From positions 10,580 through 74,579 of the forward strand of contig CAVRPA010000006.1 of NCBI GenBank assembly GCA_963723005.1: a stretch of DNA of 64,000 nucleotides. The letters run 5' to 3'. Positions 1 to 8,122 of the stretch are shown piece by piece (the first letter of the stretch is position 1; every line of letters starts with the position of its first letter). The notes below the pieces were generated by a model that did no database searches, was not told the DNA's origin, and worked only from the letters and a program-made list of their open reading frames with translations. Made by a program: the position numbers and the translations under genes. Source of the stretch: an uncultured Acidobacteriota bacterium (lineage in GTDB: Bacteria; Acidobacteriota; Vicinamibacteria; Vicinamibacterales; UBA2999).

Positions 1-59
1 GCCGAGCTTGGGCGGGCGGGCGCCGGCTCGTGAAAGCGGCGGTGAACGGTGGTAGGACC

Positions 60-260
60 TTACTTCTTCGGCTTCAGCAGATCTTTGCCACTTCCAGGCA
101 CGTCATGGAACTCCGGGCTGTTGGCCATGGTTTCCGCGTCATCCTCGCCTCGCGGCATGCTCGACGGGTCGAGAGGACTGATCGGTGGTCCGTCCTCGCC
201 GGGCGCGTGGATCAACTGCTGTTCGTCGGTCGTGGGGCTTCGTTTCTCATCCTTTTCCAT
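60..260 (-). CDS. small acidic hypothetical protein (66 aa)
   Basis: Lies within ORF 60..293(-). The ATG at 260 has GGAGG 5 nt upstream. The product starts MEKDEKRSPTTDEQQ. No recognisable domain. Confidence 0.35.
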   Translation of the reverse strand: MEKDEKRSPTTDEQQLIHAPGEDGPPISPLDPSSMPRGEDDAETMANSPEFHDVPGSGKDLLKPKK

Positions 261-377
261 CACCACCTCCGACGCAGTGAGAGAGCAAGCCACATGCCTG
301 CCCCGCTCGCATCCGCGCGACGGTGTGTGGTATTCCTGACGTGATCAACACACTCAAATCTCGTCAGAGGCCACACC

Positions 378-1388
378 ATGACCACGAATGCCGCCAAAGC
401 GGTCGCTCATCGCTTCGCTGCGGTCGCATCGCTCCTCACGTTCGCCCTTTTCCCCGGCTGCGCCGGGACCACCAAGACCGCGCCGCCAGAGGCGCCGTCG
501 GCCCCAGCCGCACCGGCCGCTGAAGCGCAGAAGCCAGCTCCGCAGGGTGCCGCGACACCGCCAGCGGCTCCGGCGGCCGCGGCAAAACCAGCAGCCGCGA
601 TCAAGCCGCTCTTCGCCACCTCGCCTGATGGCACCAAGATCGCGTATGAGAAGACCGGAACCGGCCCGGCGCTGATGCTGGTGCACGGTGGCGGGCAATC
701 GCGCCGCTCGTGGAACGATATCGGCTACGTCGATCGCCTCAGCAAGTCCTTCAGCGTGATCACCGTGGACACGCGTGGCAATGGCAACAGCGATCGGCCG
801 ACCACGGCCGCGGACTATGCGCTGGACAAGATGCTGGCGGACCTGCTGGCCGTGGCGGATGCCGCATCGGCGCCGCGGTTCCACCTCATGGCCTTCGGCC
901 ACGGCGCCAGCATCAGCCGCCACCTGGCGGCGCGATCCGATCGCGTGATCTCGGCGGTGCTGGTTGGCGCGGACATGGGCCCGACGCTGACAGGCCCGGT
1001 GAAGGAGGCGATCGCCGGCATGCGCGCCAAATGGCAGCCGCTGCTCGACGCGCAGAAGGCAGGCACGCTGGATCTCACGAAGTTTTCGTACGGGGATCGC
1101 GAGGCCTGGAACAACGGCGTGGCCATCTCGGCCATCGCGCTCGGCGCGCTGGCGGAGTATCCGCCGCTCGAGCCGTCGGAGATCAAGGCGCCCACGCTGT
1201 GGCTGGTCGGGGCGGCCGACACGAGCGCGATGGAGAACGCCAAGGCGTATCAGGGCAAGCTGGCCGGCACGAAGGTCACCTTCAAGGAGCTGAGCGGCCT
1301 CAGCTACTCGGACAGCTTCGCGAAGGTCGAGCCGGTACTCGCCGCGGCCGAGCCGTTCCTGAAGGAGACAGCGAAGCCGACGTCGTAA
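378..1388 (+). CDS. alpha/beta-hydrolase fold lipoprotein
   Basis: 336-aa ORF. Lipobox-like signal (LTFALFPGC), then a Pro/Ala-rich linker. Hydrolase core motifs LMLVHGGGQSRRSW, VDTRGNGNSD and HLMAFGHGASI. Confidence 0.75.
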   Translation: MTTNAAKAVAHRFAAVASLLTFALFPGCAGTTKTAPPEAPSAPAAPAAEAQKPAPQGAATPPAAPAAAAKPAAAIKPLFATSPDGTKIAYEKTGTGPALMLVHGGGQSRRSWNDIGYVDRLSKSFSVITVDTRGNGNSDRPTTAADYALDKMLADLLAVADAASAPRFHLMAFGHGASISRHLAARSDRVISAVLVGADMGPTLTGPVKEAIAGMRAKWQPLLDAQKAGTLDLTKFSYGDREAWNNGVAISAIALGALAEYPPLEPSEIKAPTLWLVGAADTSAMENAKAYQGKLAGTKVTFKELSGLSYSDSFAKVEPVLAAAEPFLKETAKPTS

Positions 1389-1407
1389 CTCACCGGCGCT
1401 GGCGCGC

Positions 1408-2964
1408 ATGCTGCATACCATCTCCCCACCAAAGGGGGCCGCGATGCAGCATGGTTCTGGCGAACGCACGACGGCGTGGACGCGGGACGTCGGCGAGGCG
1501 CCCGCTCAACGGCTCGACCGCAATCTTCAAGTGGATGTGTGCGTGGTTGGCGCCGGGATTGCCGGGCTGACCACCGCCTACATGCTGACGCAACGCGGCC
1601 GTACCGTGGCCGTACTCGACGCTGGCTCCGTCGGCGGCGGCGAGACCAGCCGGACCACGGCACATCTGTCGCACGTGCTCGGCGCTCGCTACTTCGAGCT
1701 GGAACGTCTGCACGGCGTGGACGGCGCGCGACTGGCCGCGGACAGCCATACCCAGGCCATCACCGCCATCGAGACCATCGTCCGGCAGGAACAGATCGCG
1801 TGTGATTTCGAGCGCGTTCCCGGCTACCTGTTCCTCGGCTCCGGCGACGACCCGGACATCCTGGCGCGCGAGCTGGAGGCGGTGCATCGCGTCGGGCTGA
1901 CGGGTGTGAGCCGCGTTGACGAGTCCCCGCTTCCCTCCTGGAATCTCGGACCATCCCTCTGCTTTCCCGATCAGGCGCAGTTCCACCCGATGAAATACCT
2001 GAGAGGGCTGACACAGGCCATTCAGGCGCGCGGCGGACACGTCTACACGCAGACCCGTGCCGACTCCATGGAGGGTGGCGACGCCGCCTGCGTGCGCACC
2101 AGCGACGGCCGTGAGGTGCGGGCCGGCGCCATCGTGGTGGCGACCAACACGCCGGTCAACGACCGCGTCGTGATCCACACGAAACAGTCGGCGTACCGGA
2201 CCTATGCGGTCGGCTTGACCGTACCGCGCGGCACGGTGCCACACGCGCTGTACTGGGACACCGAGGACCCCTATCACTACGTGCGGATGACGCCGACGGA
2301 CGATCGCACCGACCTGCTGATCGTGGGCGGCGAGGATCACAAGACCGGGCAGGCCGACGATACCGAGCGGCGGTTTGCGTCGCTCGCCGACTGGGCGCGC
2401 AAGCGCGTGCCGATCGCCGGCGAGGTCGCGTGCAGCTGGTCGGGGCAGGTGATCGAGTCGGTGGATCACCTCGCGTTCATCGGGCGCAACCCGGGTGACG
2501 CCGCCAACGTGTTCGTGGTGACCGGCGACTCGGGCAACGGCCTGACGCACGGCACCATCGCCGGCGTGCTGCTGACGGATCTCATCATGGCGCGCGACAA
2601 CCCCTGGGCCACGCTCTACGACCCGTCGCGAATCACGCTGCGCGCGGGCCTGGAGTTCGCGCGCGAGAGCCTCAACGTCGCGGTCCAGTACGCGGACCTC
2701 GTGACGCCGGGTGAGATCGCGTCGGTGGAGGAACTGGCGCCGCACACCGGGGCGATCATGCGCCAGGGTGCGCGCAAGGTCGCGGTCTACCGCAACCCGC
2801 ACGGCGCGCTGCAGGAGTTCTCGGCGCTCTGTCCGCATCTGGGCTGCGTCGTCCACTGGAACGACGCCGAGAAGAGCTGGGACTGCCCCTGCCACGGGTC
2901 GCGATTCGAGGCGACCGGGGCCGTGATCAACGGTCCCGCGGTTACGGGGCTCCGTCCGGAGTGA
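1408..2964 (+). CDS. FAD-dependent oxidoreductase fused to a C-terminal Rieske [2Fe-2S] domain
   Basis: 518-aa ORF. Dinucleotide-binding motif VCVVGAGIAGLTTAY. C-terminal Rieske motifs CPHLGC and CPCHGS. The start could instead be the ATG at 1444. Confidence 0.85.
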   Translation: MLHTISPPKGAAMQHGSGERTTAWTRDVGEAPAQRLDRNLQVDVCVVGAGIAGLTTAYMLTQRGRTVAVLDAGSVGGGETSRTTAHLSHVLGARYFELERLHGVDGARLAADSHTQAITAIETIVRQEQIACDFERVPGYLFLGSGDDPDILARELEAVHRVGLTGVSRVDESPLPSWNLGPSLCFPDQAQFHPMKYLRGLTQAIQARGGHVYTQTRADSMEGGDAACVRTSDGREVRAGAIVVATNTPVNDRVVIHTKQSAYRTYAVGLTVPRGTVPHALYWDTEDPYHYVRMTPTDDRTDLLIVGGEDHKTGQADDTERRFASLADWARKRVPIAGEVACSWSGQVIESVDHLAFIGRNPGDAANVFVVTGDSGNGLTHGTIAGVLLTDLIMARDNPWATLYDPSRITLRAGLEFARESLNVAVQYADLVTPGEIASVEELAPHTGAIMRQGARKVAVYRNPHGALQEFSALCPHLGCVVHWNDAEKSWDCPCHGSRFEATGAVINGPAVTGLRPE

Positions 2965-3793
2965 GCGGGCCCCGCGCGGCGAAGTGAGTGGCGGCGCCGC
3001 CGGTCGGCCTGAGGAACGCCGCCCAGGCAAGGATGATGAGCGTTGGTATCGCCAGCGCCGTCGCGGTGGACAGAATGACGTCCCTGGCTACGCGCAAGTC
3101 GGCCGACACGCGCAGGACCTCGGCATCGCCGCTGGCCTCCATCGCGACCAGGGCCTGCTCGGCCAGCCGGGCCAGCATGTTCGCGCTCAGCCAGGAGGAC
3201 AGAACCAGGCCCGCCTGACAGAGGGCGCCCATCAACAGCAGTGTCGGAAACAGCGGCCTCCGCGCCGGCATCAGCAGGACCAGCGCCAGCGGGTAGGCCA
3301 TGGCGAAGACGGCCGCTACCGATACCAACGCGGGCACGAGCAACGCCAGGATGATCGGAAGCAGCACAATCCCGCCGTACGGATCGGACCTGGAGACCCC
3401 CGACCAGAAGTCGATGGCCTCCAACTGCGTTCCGATCATCTGCCACAGCGACGGCAGGTTCGAGGCGGCGAGCGCGGCAAGGAGCGCCACACCAACGAGC
3501 GATACGCCCAGGGCGGCGGGCCACGGCCACAGCGGTTCGGCCGTCTGGTGCATTGGCGCCACCGGCCATCGGCGCGCCATGACGAGCAGGACACCGGTGA
3601 AGACAAACGTGGCCGAGGCCATCGCCGCGGTGAGGCCGATCGCGCGCAGCCATGGCGGCGATTCCGGCGGAGCCGCGGCCAGCACGGCCACCGATGCCGT
3701 GGCAAACGCCAGTCCCTGCAGCAGACAGAGGACGCGCACCGCCGCGAGGAGCGTCAGCAGCAGGCGTTCGACCCCGGCATGGAGCAGGGACAT
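2942..3793 (-). CDS. polytopic membrane protein, function unknown
   Basis: ORF 2942..3853(-). Several hydrophobic segments. Start placed at the internal ATG (MSLLHAGVERLLL). No recognised family. Confidence 0.55.
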   Translation of the reverse strand: MSLLHAGVERLLLTLLAAVRVLCLLQGLAFATASVAVLAAAPPESPPWLRAIGLTAAMASATFVFTGVLLVMARRWPVAPMHQTAEPLWPWPAALGVSLVGVALLAALAASNLPSLWQMIGTQLEAIDFWSGVSRSDPYGGIVLLPIILALLVPALVSVAAVFAMAYPLALVLLMPARRPLFPTLLLMGALCQAGLVLSSWLSANMLARLAEQALVAMEASGDAEVLRVSADLRVARDVILSTATALAIPTLIILAWAAFLRPTGGAATHFAARGPLTPDGAP

Positions 3794-3844
3794 GCGACCG
3801 GGAGTATCGCACCGATGGCCGGCCGCGGATATGCTGTGCCCACC

Positions 3845-5098
3845 ATGGGCCACAACGCGTCGGCCGGTCTCGTGCGGCTGGCGGTCACCGCCGCGCTACT
3901 CTGCCTTCCCTCCGCCTCGAACGGGCAGCAGGCCGCGGCTCCGGCCGCCGACACATCGATCCGTCCGTTCACGATCAGCATCCCGGATACCGTCCTCGCC
4001 GACCTCAAGACCAGGCTGCGGAACGCACGGTTCCCGGAGCCGCTGCAGGGTGATGGATGGGCGCTCGGCACCGACATCCGTTATTTGAAAGAGCTGGTCG
4101 CCTACTGGCGAGACACCTTCGACTGGCGCGCTCAGGAACGGCGGCTGAATGGCTTCGAGCAGTTCACGACCACCATCGATGGCCTGACCGTCCACTTCAT
4201 CCATCGCAAGTCGAAGGCGCCGAACGCCTTCCCCCTGCTGATCACCCACGGCTGGCCAGGCTCGTTCGTGGAGTTCACGAAGATCATCGGGCCGCTCACC
4301 GATCCGGTCGCGCACGGTGGCCAGGCCGGCGACGCCTTCGATGTGGTCATCCCGTCCATTCCCGGGTTCACGTTTTCGTCTCCGCCACGCGAGCCAGGCT
4401 ACGACCCCGCACGCATCGCCACGATCGAGGCAAAGCTGATGGCGCGCCTCGGCTATGCACGCTACGGCGCCCAGGGAGGCGACTGGGGTTCGATCATCAG
4501 CACCCAGGTGGCGCTGCACGATCCCGCTCACGTGGCGGGACTGCACCTCAACATGTGCTTCGGAAATGCACCGGCCGGCACCGATCCCAACGAAGGGTTG
4601 ACCGACGCAGAGCGCGAGCGGGTGAAGGCGCGACAGGTCTTCCAGAGCGAGGAAACCGGCTATCAGCAGATTCAGGGCACCAAGCCGCAGACGATCGGCA
4701 TCGCCCTCAACGACTCGCCGGTCGGGCTTGCGGCGTGGATTGTCGAGAAGTTCCGGACCTGGTGCGACTGCGGCGGGAATCCGGAGACGATCTTCACGAA
4801 GGACGAGCTCCTCACCAACATCACGCTCTATTGGGCCACCCAGACCGCGGCGTCCTCGGCCCGCATTTACTACGAGAGCCGGCACCCGCTTTCGCCGCCC
4901 GCGCCCCGCCGCGTCGAGGCCCCCACGGCGTGCGCCGACTTCCCGAAGGAGATCATCTGGTCGCCCCGGCGCTGGCTCGAACCGCGCTTCAACATCACGC
5001 GGTGGACGACGATGCCGAGGGGCGGCCATTTCGCCGCGATGGAGCAGCCGCAACTGCTGGTGGACGACGTGCGCGCGTTCTTCCGCGGTCTTCGCTAG
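3845..5098 (+). CDS. epoxide hydrolase (alpha/beta fold with EH N-terminal domain), secreted
   Basis: In-frame ATG at 3845 inside the 704-aa track ORF. Signal peptide present. Motifs FTISIPDTVLADLKTRL, ITHGWPGSFVEF and the QGGDWGS nucleophile elbow. Confidence 0.85.
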   Translation: MGHNASAGLVRLAVTAALLCLPSASNGQQAAAPAADTSIRPFTISIPDTVLADLKTRLRNARFPEPLQGDGWALGTDIRYLKELVAYWRDTFDWRAQERRLNGFEQFTTTIDGLTVHFIHRKSKAPNAFPLLITHGWPGSFVEFTKIIGPLTDPVAHGGQAGDAFDVVIPSIPGFTFSSPPREPGYDPARIATIEAKLMARLGYARYGAQGGDWGSIISTQVALHDPAHVAGLHLNMCFGNAPAGTDPNEGLTDAERERVKARQVFQSEETGYQQIQGTKPQTIGIALNDSPVGLAAWIVEKFRTWCDCGGNPETIFTKDELLTNITLYWATQTAASSARIYYESRHPLSPPAPRRVEAPTACADFPKEIIWSPRRWLEPRFNITRWTTMPRGGHFAAMEQPQLLVDDVRAFFRGLR

Positions 5099-5134
5099 CA
5101 CGGCCTGTGCTATAAGCGTCCCTACCCAACACAT

Positions 5135-6820
5135 ATGTGGCAGCACAACTACGAACCTGTCGGCGGCAGTCTGGGTCTATCCGCTCCCATTGCCGCGCTC
5201 CCCATCGTCGTGCTGTTCCTGATGCTGGGACTGTGGCGGGCGCCGGCGTGGAAATCGGCGCTCAGCGGACTCGTCACCGCCTTGATCGTGGCCATCGCCG
5301 TCTACGGCATGCCCGTGCAACTGGCGGTGATCTCGACGCTCTATGGAGCGGCCTACGGGCTCTTCCCCATCGCCTGGATCGTGTTCTCGTCGATCATGCT
5401 CTACCGGCTGGCGGTGGACACCGGCCGGTTCGAGGTGATCAAGGACTCGGTCGGCAGCCTGACCGATGATCGGCGGCTGCAGGCGATGTTCATCGCCTTC
5501 TCGTTCGGCGCGTTCATCGAAGGCGCGGCGGGCTTCGGCGCGCCGGTGGCGGTGTCGGGAGCGATGCTCGCGGGCCTCGGCTTCAATCCCTTCTACGCCG
5601 CCGGCATCTGCCTGCTGGCCAACACCGCGCCGGTGGCGTTCGGGTCGATTGGCATCCCGGTCACGACGCTGGCTGCAGTCACGGGCCTGCCGGTGATGCC
5701 GCTGTCGGCGATGGTGGGCCGGCTGTGCGCGATGGTCTCGGTGATCATCCCGGGCTACCTGATCGTCGTGATGGCGGGCTGGGCGCGCGCCCGCGAAGTG
5801 CTGCCGGCGATCATCGCCTGCGGGCTGTCGTTCGCGGGCATGCAGCTGTTCGTCTCCAACACCATGGGCCCCGAGCTGACGGACATCCTCAGCTCGCTCA
5901 CCTGCATCATCGTGATGGTCGCGGTGCTCAAGCTGTGGAAGCCGGCGAGCATCATGCGGCTCGAGGGCGACAAGCCGGTGAGCACGGTGGCCATGAAGCA
6001 CACCGGCCGCGAGATCTTCATGGCCTGGAGCCCCTACCTGCTGCTGGTGGTGTTCGTGCTGGCGTGGGGCGAGCCCGCGATCAAGCTGGCCATCGACAGC
6101 TGGACCCACGGCGTGATGCCGTCGTTCCTGCCGAAAGCGCCGACCGGGCTCAATGGCCTGATGGTGCCTGGCCTCCACAACGTCATCACGCGGATCCCGC
6201 CGGTGACCCCGGCGCCGGCACCGTACGCGGCCGTGTTCACGCTCAACTGGATGAGCGCGTCGGGCACCGCGTGCTTCCTCGCGACCATCGCCGCGGCGCT
6301 GGTGCTGGGTGTGAAGCCCGGCCAGTTCGTCGGCATCTACAAAGCCACCTTCAAGCAGCTCGCGTTCGCGATGGCGACCATCGCCTCGATGCTCGGCCTC
6401 GCCTACCTGATGAACTACTCGGGCATGACCTCGACGCTGGGCCTGGCGCTCGCCACTACCGGCGTCGCGTTCCCGTTCTTCAGCGCGGTGGTCGGATGGC
6501 TGGGCGTGTTCCTGACCGGCAGCGACACCTCCGCGAACGCCCTGTTCGGCAACCTGCAGGTGGTGACGGCCACGGCACTCAACCTGAACCCGGTGCTGAC
6601 CGCCTCGGTGAACTCGGCCGCCGGCGTGATGGGCAAGATGATCTCGGTGCAGAGCATCGCGGTGGCCGTGGCGGCGACGGGCATGAGCCGGGAGGACGAG
6701 AGCCGCTTGTTCCGGTTCACCATCAAGCACAGCGTGCTGCTGATGATGGCAATGGGCGTGATTTCGATGCTGTTTGCCTACGTCTTCCCGGAATACGTTC
6801 CCGTGGTACCGCCGAAGTGA
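5135..6820 (+). CDS. lctP: L-lactate permease family transporter
   Basis: 561-aa polytopic ORF. The N-terminus (MWQHNYEPVGGSLGLSA) and overall pattern match the LctP/LldP family as I recognise it. Confidence 0.85.
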   Translation: MWQHNYEPVGGSLGLSAPIAALPIVVLFLMLGLWRAPAWKSALSGLVTALIVAIAVYGMPVQLAVISTLYGAAYGLFPIAWIVFSSIMLYRLAVDTGRFEVIKDSVGSLTDDRRLQAMFIAFSFGAFIEGAAGFGAPVAVSGAMLAGLGFNPFYAAGICLLANTAPVAFGSIGIPVTTLAAVTGLPVMPLSAMVGRLCAMVSVIIPGYLIVVMAGWARAREVLPAIIACGLSFAGMQLFVSNTMGPELTDILSSLTCIIVMVAVLKLWKPASIMRLEGDKPVSTVAMKHTGREIFMAWSPYLLLVVFVLAWGEPAIKLAIDSWTHGVMPSFLPKAPTGLNGLMVPGLHNVITRIPPVTPAPAPYAAVFTLNWMSASGTACFLATIAAALVLGVKPGQFVGIYKATFKQLAFAMATIASMLGLAYLMNYSGMTSTLGLALATTGVAFPFFSAVVGWLGVFLTGSDTSANALFGNLQVVTATALNLNPVLTASVNSAAGVMGKMISVQSIAVAVAATGMSREDESRLFRFTIKHSVLLMMAMGVISMLFAYVFPEYVPVVPPK

Positions 6821-6856
6821 GCAACGCGACTTAAAGGATGAGCTTAGAGGTCGGGC

Positions 6857-6883
6857 TGCCGCGGCGCCTCGGCGTGTATTTTT
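6857..6883 (+). terminator. possible weak intrinsic terminator after the lactate permease gene
   Basis: Short GC hairpin (gccg..cggc) followed by tgtattttt, about 40 nt after the stop codon. The stem is only about 4-5 bp. Confidence 0.2.
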
Positions 6884-7049
6884 GACATAGTCGCCGAGAA
6901 GAATTTTCCTTGTGAGCGCCGATCGTGTTTGCTACTCTCAGCTCCAGTACAACTCAACTATTACCAAGCGAAAAGGTGTGCGGTCGATTTCGGCCGTGCG
7001 CAAAGCTGAAACCCTCGCGATCACTTGCGGGATGATTTAGCTGCCGAAC

Positions 7050-8045
7050 TTGGGAAGAAGATGGGGCCGTTGTTCCGTCTTCTCGTCCTCGTTTGGTAGC
7101 GGATTCGGAGCCTTTGCTGTGTCCGTCCGCCGCGCCCTCCTCTACGTTGGCCTCACCATCTCACTCGCCTCGCTGGCCTTCAGCTTCGGCAGCTGGACGA
7201 CCCAGCGCGCGATGGCGCAGCAGCTCGCCCACAACGACGCGCGGCTGAGCGCGCTCAGCGACAACCTGGCGCGCAGCATCCTGAAGATGCGCGAGGTGCA
7301 GACCCGCGCGGAGAAGGCGTCCGCCGAGATCCCCCCGGTCGTCTCGACCACGGGGCCTTCGCAGAGCGTGATGGTGGAGGAGATCAAGAAGCAGCTGCAG
7401 AGCGAGATGGGGCTGATGCCGGTCCGGCTGCTGCGCGAGCGGCGCGCGAGCTTCGTCGAACTGAACGCCGTGGACAACTTCGGCAAGTCCGGATACGGCA
7501 CCGCCGGCTACATCGGCAACGGCTACTTCGTCACGGTGAAGCACGCGGTCGTCGCCCTTGATGCCGACGTCGAAGGGCGTGAACGCCGCATCACCTCGAT
7601 CAAGATCCGCTACAAGGGCAAGGACATCCCGGCGCGCCTCATCGACGCCGGTGATGCCACCGTCGAAGTGCACTCGGGCGACTGGGCGCTGATCAAGGTC
7701 AAGGAGACACTCGACCTGCCGGCGCTGCGCATCGACACCGCCTACCCCTACGACTTCGCCGAGCCGATCTTCCGGCTGGGCAACGACTACTCGAAGGGCA
7801 TCATCCTCAGCACCGGCTACATCGGGCAGCACACGGCCAACGGCCTGGTGACGTGCCTCACCGACGGCCATCCCGGCGTGTCGGGGGGCGGCGTGCTGAA
7901 CCAGGCCGGCGATCTGGTCGGCATCCCGATTGGCCGGATGGAGGGCGACTATCGCTTCTCGTTCATCCTGCCGCTGCGCGCCGAGATGTTCCGCAAGGTG
8001 CCGCATGCGGCCTCCATCGCGAACGCGCAGGACACGGTCAACTAG
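7050..8045 (+). CDS. membrane-anchored trypsin-like (S1/S1C-type) serine protease
   Basis: TTG start per the track. N-terminal TM segment, then a coiled-coil-like stretch. Candidate catalytic triad H (FVTVKHAV), D (GDWALIKV), S (GHPGVSGGGV). Confidence 0.65.
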   Translation: MGRRWGRCSVFSSSFGSGFGAFAVSVRRALLYVGLTISLASLAFSFGSWTTQRAMAQQLAHNDARLSALSDNLARSILKMREVQTRAEKASAEIPPVVSTTGPSQSVMVEEIKKQLQSEMGLMPVRLLRERRASFVELNAVDNFGKSGYGTAGYIGNGYFVTVKHAVVALDADVEGRERRITSIKIRYKGKDIPARLIDAGDATVEVHSGDWALIKVKETLDLPALRIDTAYPYDFAEPIFRLGNDYSKGIILSTGYIGQHTANGLVTCLTDGHPGVSGGGVLNQAGDLVGIPIGRMEGDYRFSFILPLRAEMFRKVPHAASIANAQDTVN

Positions 8046-8050
8046 GACAT

Positions 8051-8113
8051 CGAACCCTGGAACCCTGCAACCCTAGAACCCTAGAACCTACGAACCTAGA
8101 GCCCTAGGACCCC
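8051..8113. repeat. tandem about 8-nt repeat array (RGAACCCT-like, about 8 units)
   Basis: Sequence cgaaccct ggaaccct gcaaccct agaaccct agaacct acgaacct agagccct aggacccc. Lies between convergent stops at 8045 and 8123. Confidence 0.9.
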
Positions 8114-8122
8114 TCCGCCCGT

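Noticed and set aside
378-1388. Possible loss of the catalytic serine in the alpha/beta hydrolase (AFGHGAS instead of GHSxG).
   Set aside because: An alternative register (G-A-S-I-S) still provides a Ser in a nucleophile-elbow-like context. A by-eye alignment cannot decide this, so it is not reported as a finding.
354-1469. 371-aa ORF on the minus strand, antisense to the alpha/beta-hydrolase gene.
   Set aside because: The product is Arg/Gly/Ala-rich and low-complexity, with no domain signature. It fully overlaps a convincing plus-strand gene. This is a typical GC-rich shadow ORF.
1390-3030. 546-aa minus-strand ORF antisense to the FAD/Rieske gene.
   Set aside because: Same shadow-ORF composition. 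The plus-strand product carries clear FAD and Rieske motifs.
2984-3844. N-terminal 287 codons of the 704-aa track ORF upstream of the epoxide hydrolase.
   Set aside because: This part is Arg/Gly/Gln/His-rich nonsense antisense to the membrane-protein gene. The hydrolase has its own signal peptide starting at the ATG at 3845.
5177-6730. 517-aa minus-strand ORF opposite the lactate permease. Similar long antisense ORFs occur at 13548-14990, 24545-26269, 26940-28952, 29337-30629, 33401-35080, 38404-41160, 41393-43051 and 45453-47057.
   Set aside because: All have Arg/His/Asp/Gly-rich repetitive products without motifs. Each mirrors a well-supported gene on the other strand.
6821-7049. A 230-bp AT-richer intergenic region with a TTGACA hexamer, considered as a promoter or small RNA locus.
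   Set aside because: No acceptable -10 box lies at 16-19 nt spacing. I found no convincing conserved hairpin or ORF. Only a weak terminator-like hairpin is listed, at low confidence.
8051-8113. Short tandem repeat arrays (also at 37111-37197, 45231-45327, 58493-58548 and 63090-63153) considered as CRISPR arrays.
   Set aside because: The units are only 7-9 nt and directly abut each other without unique spacers. There are no cas genes. These are not CRISPR arrays.
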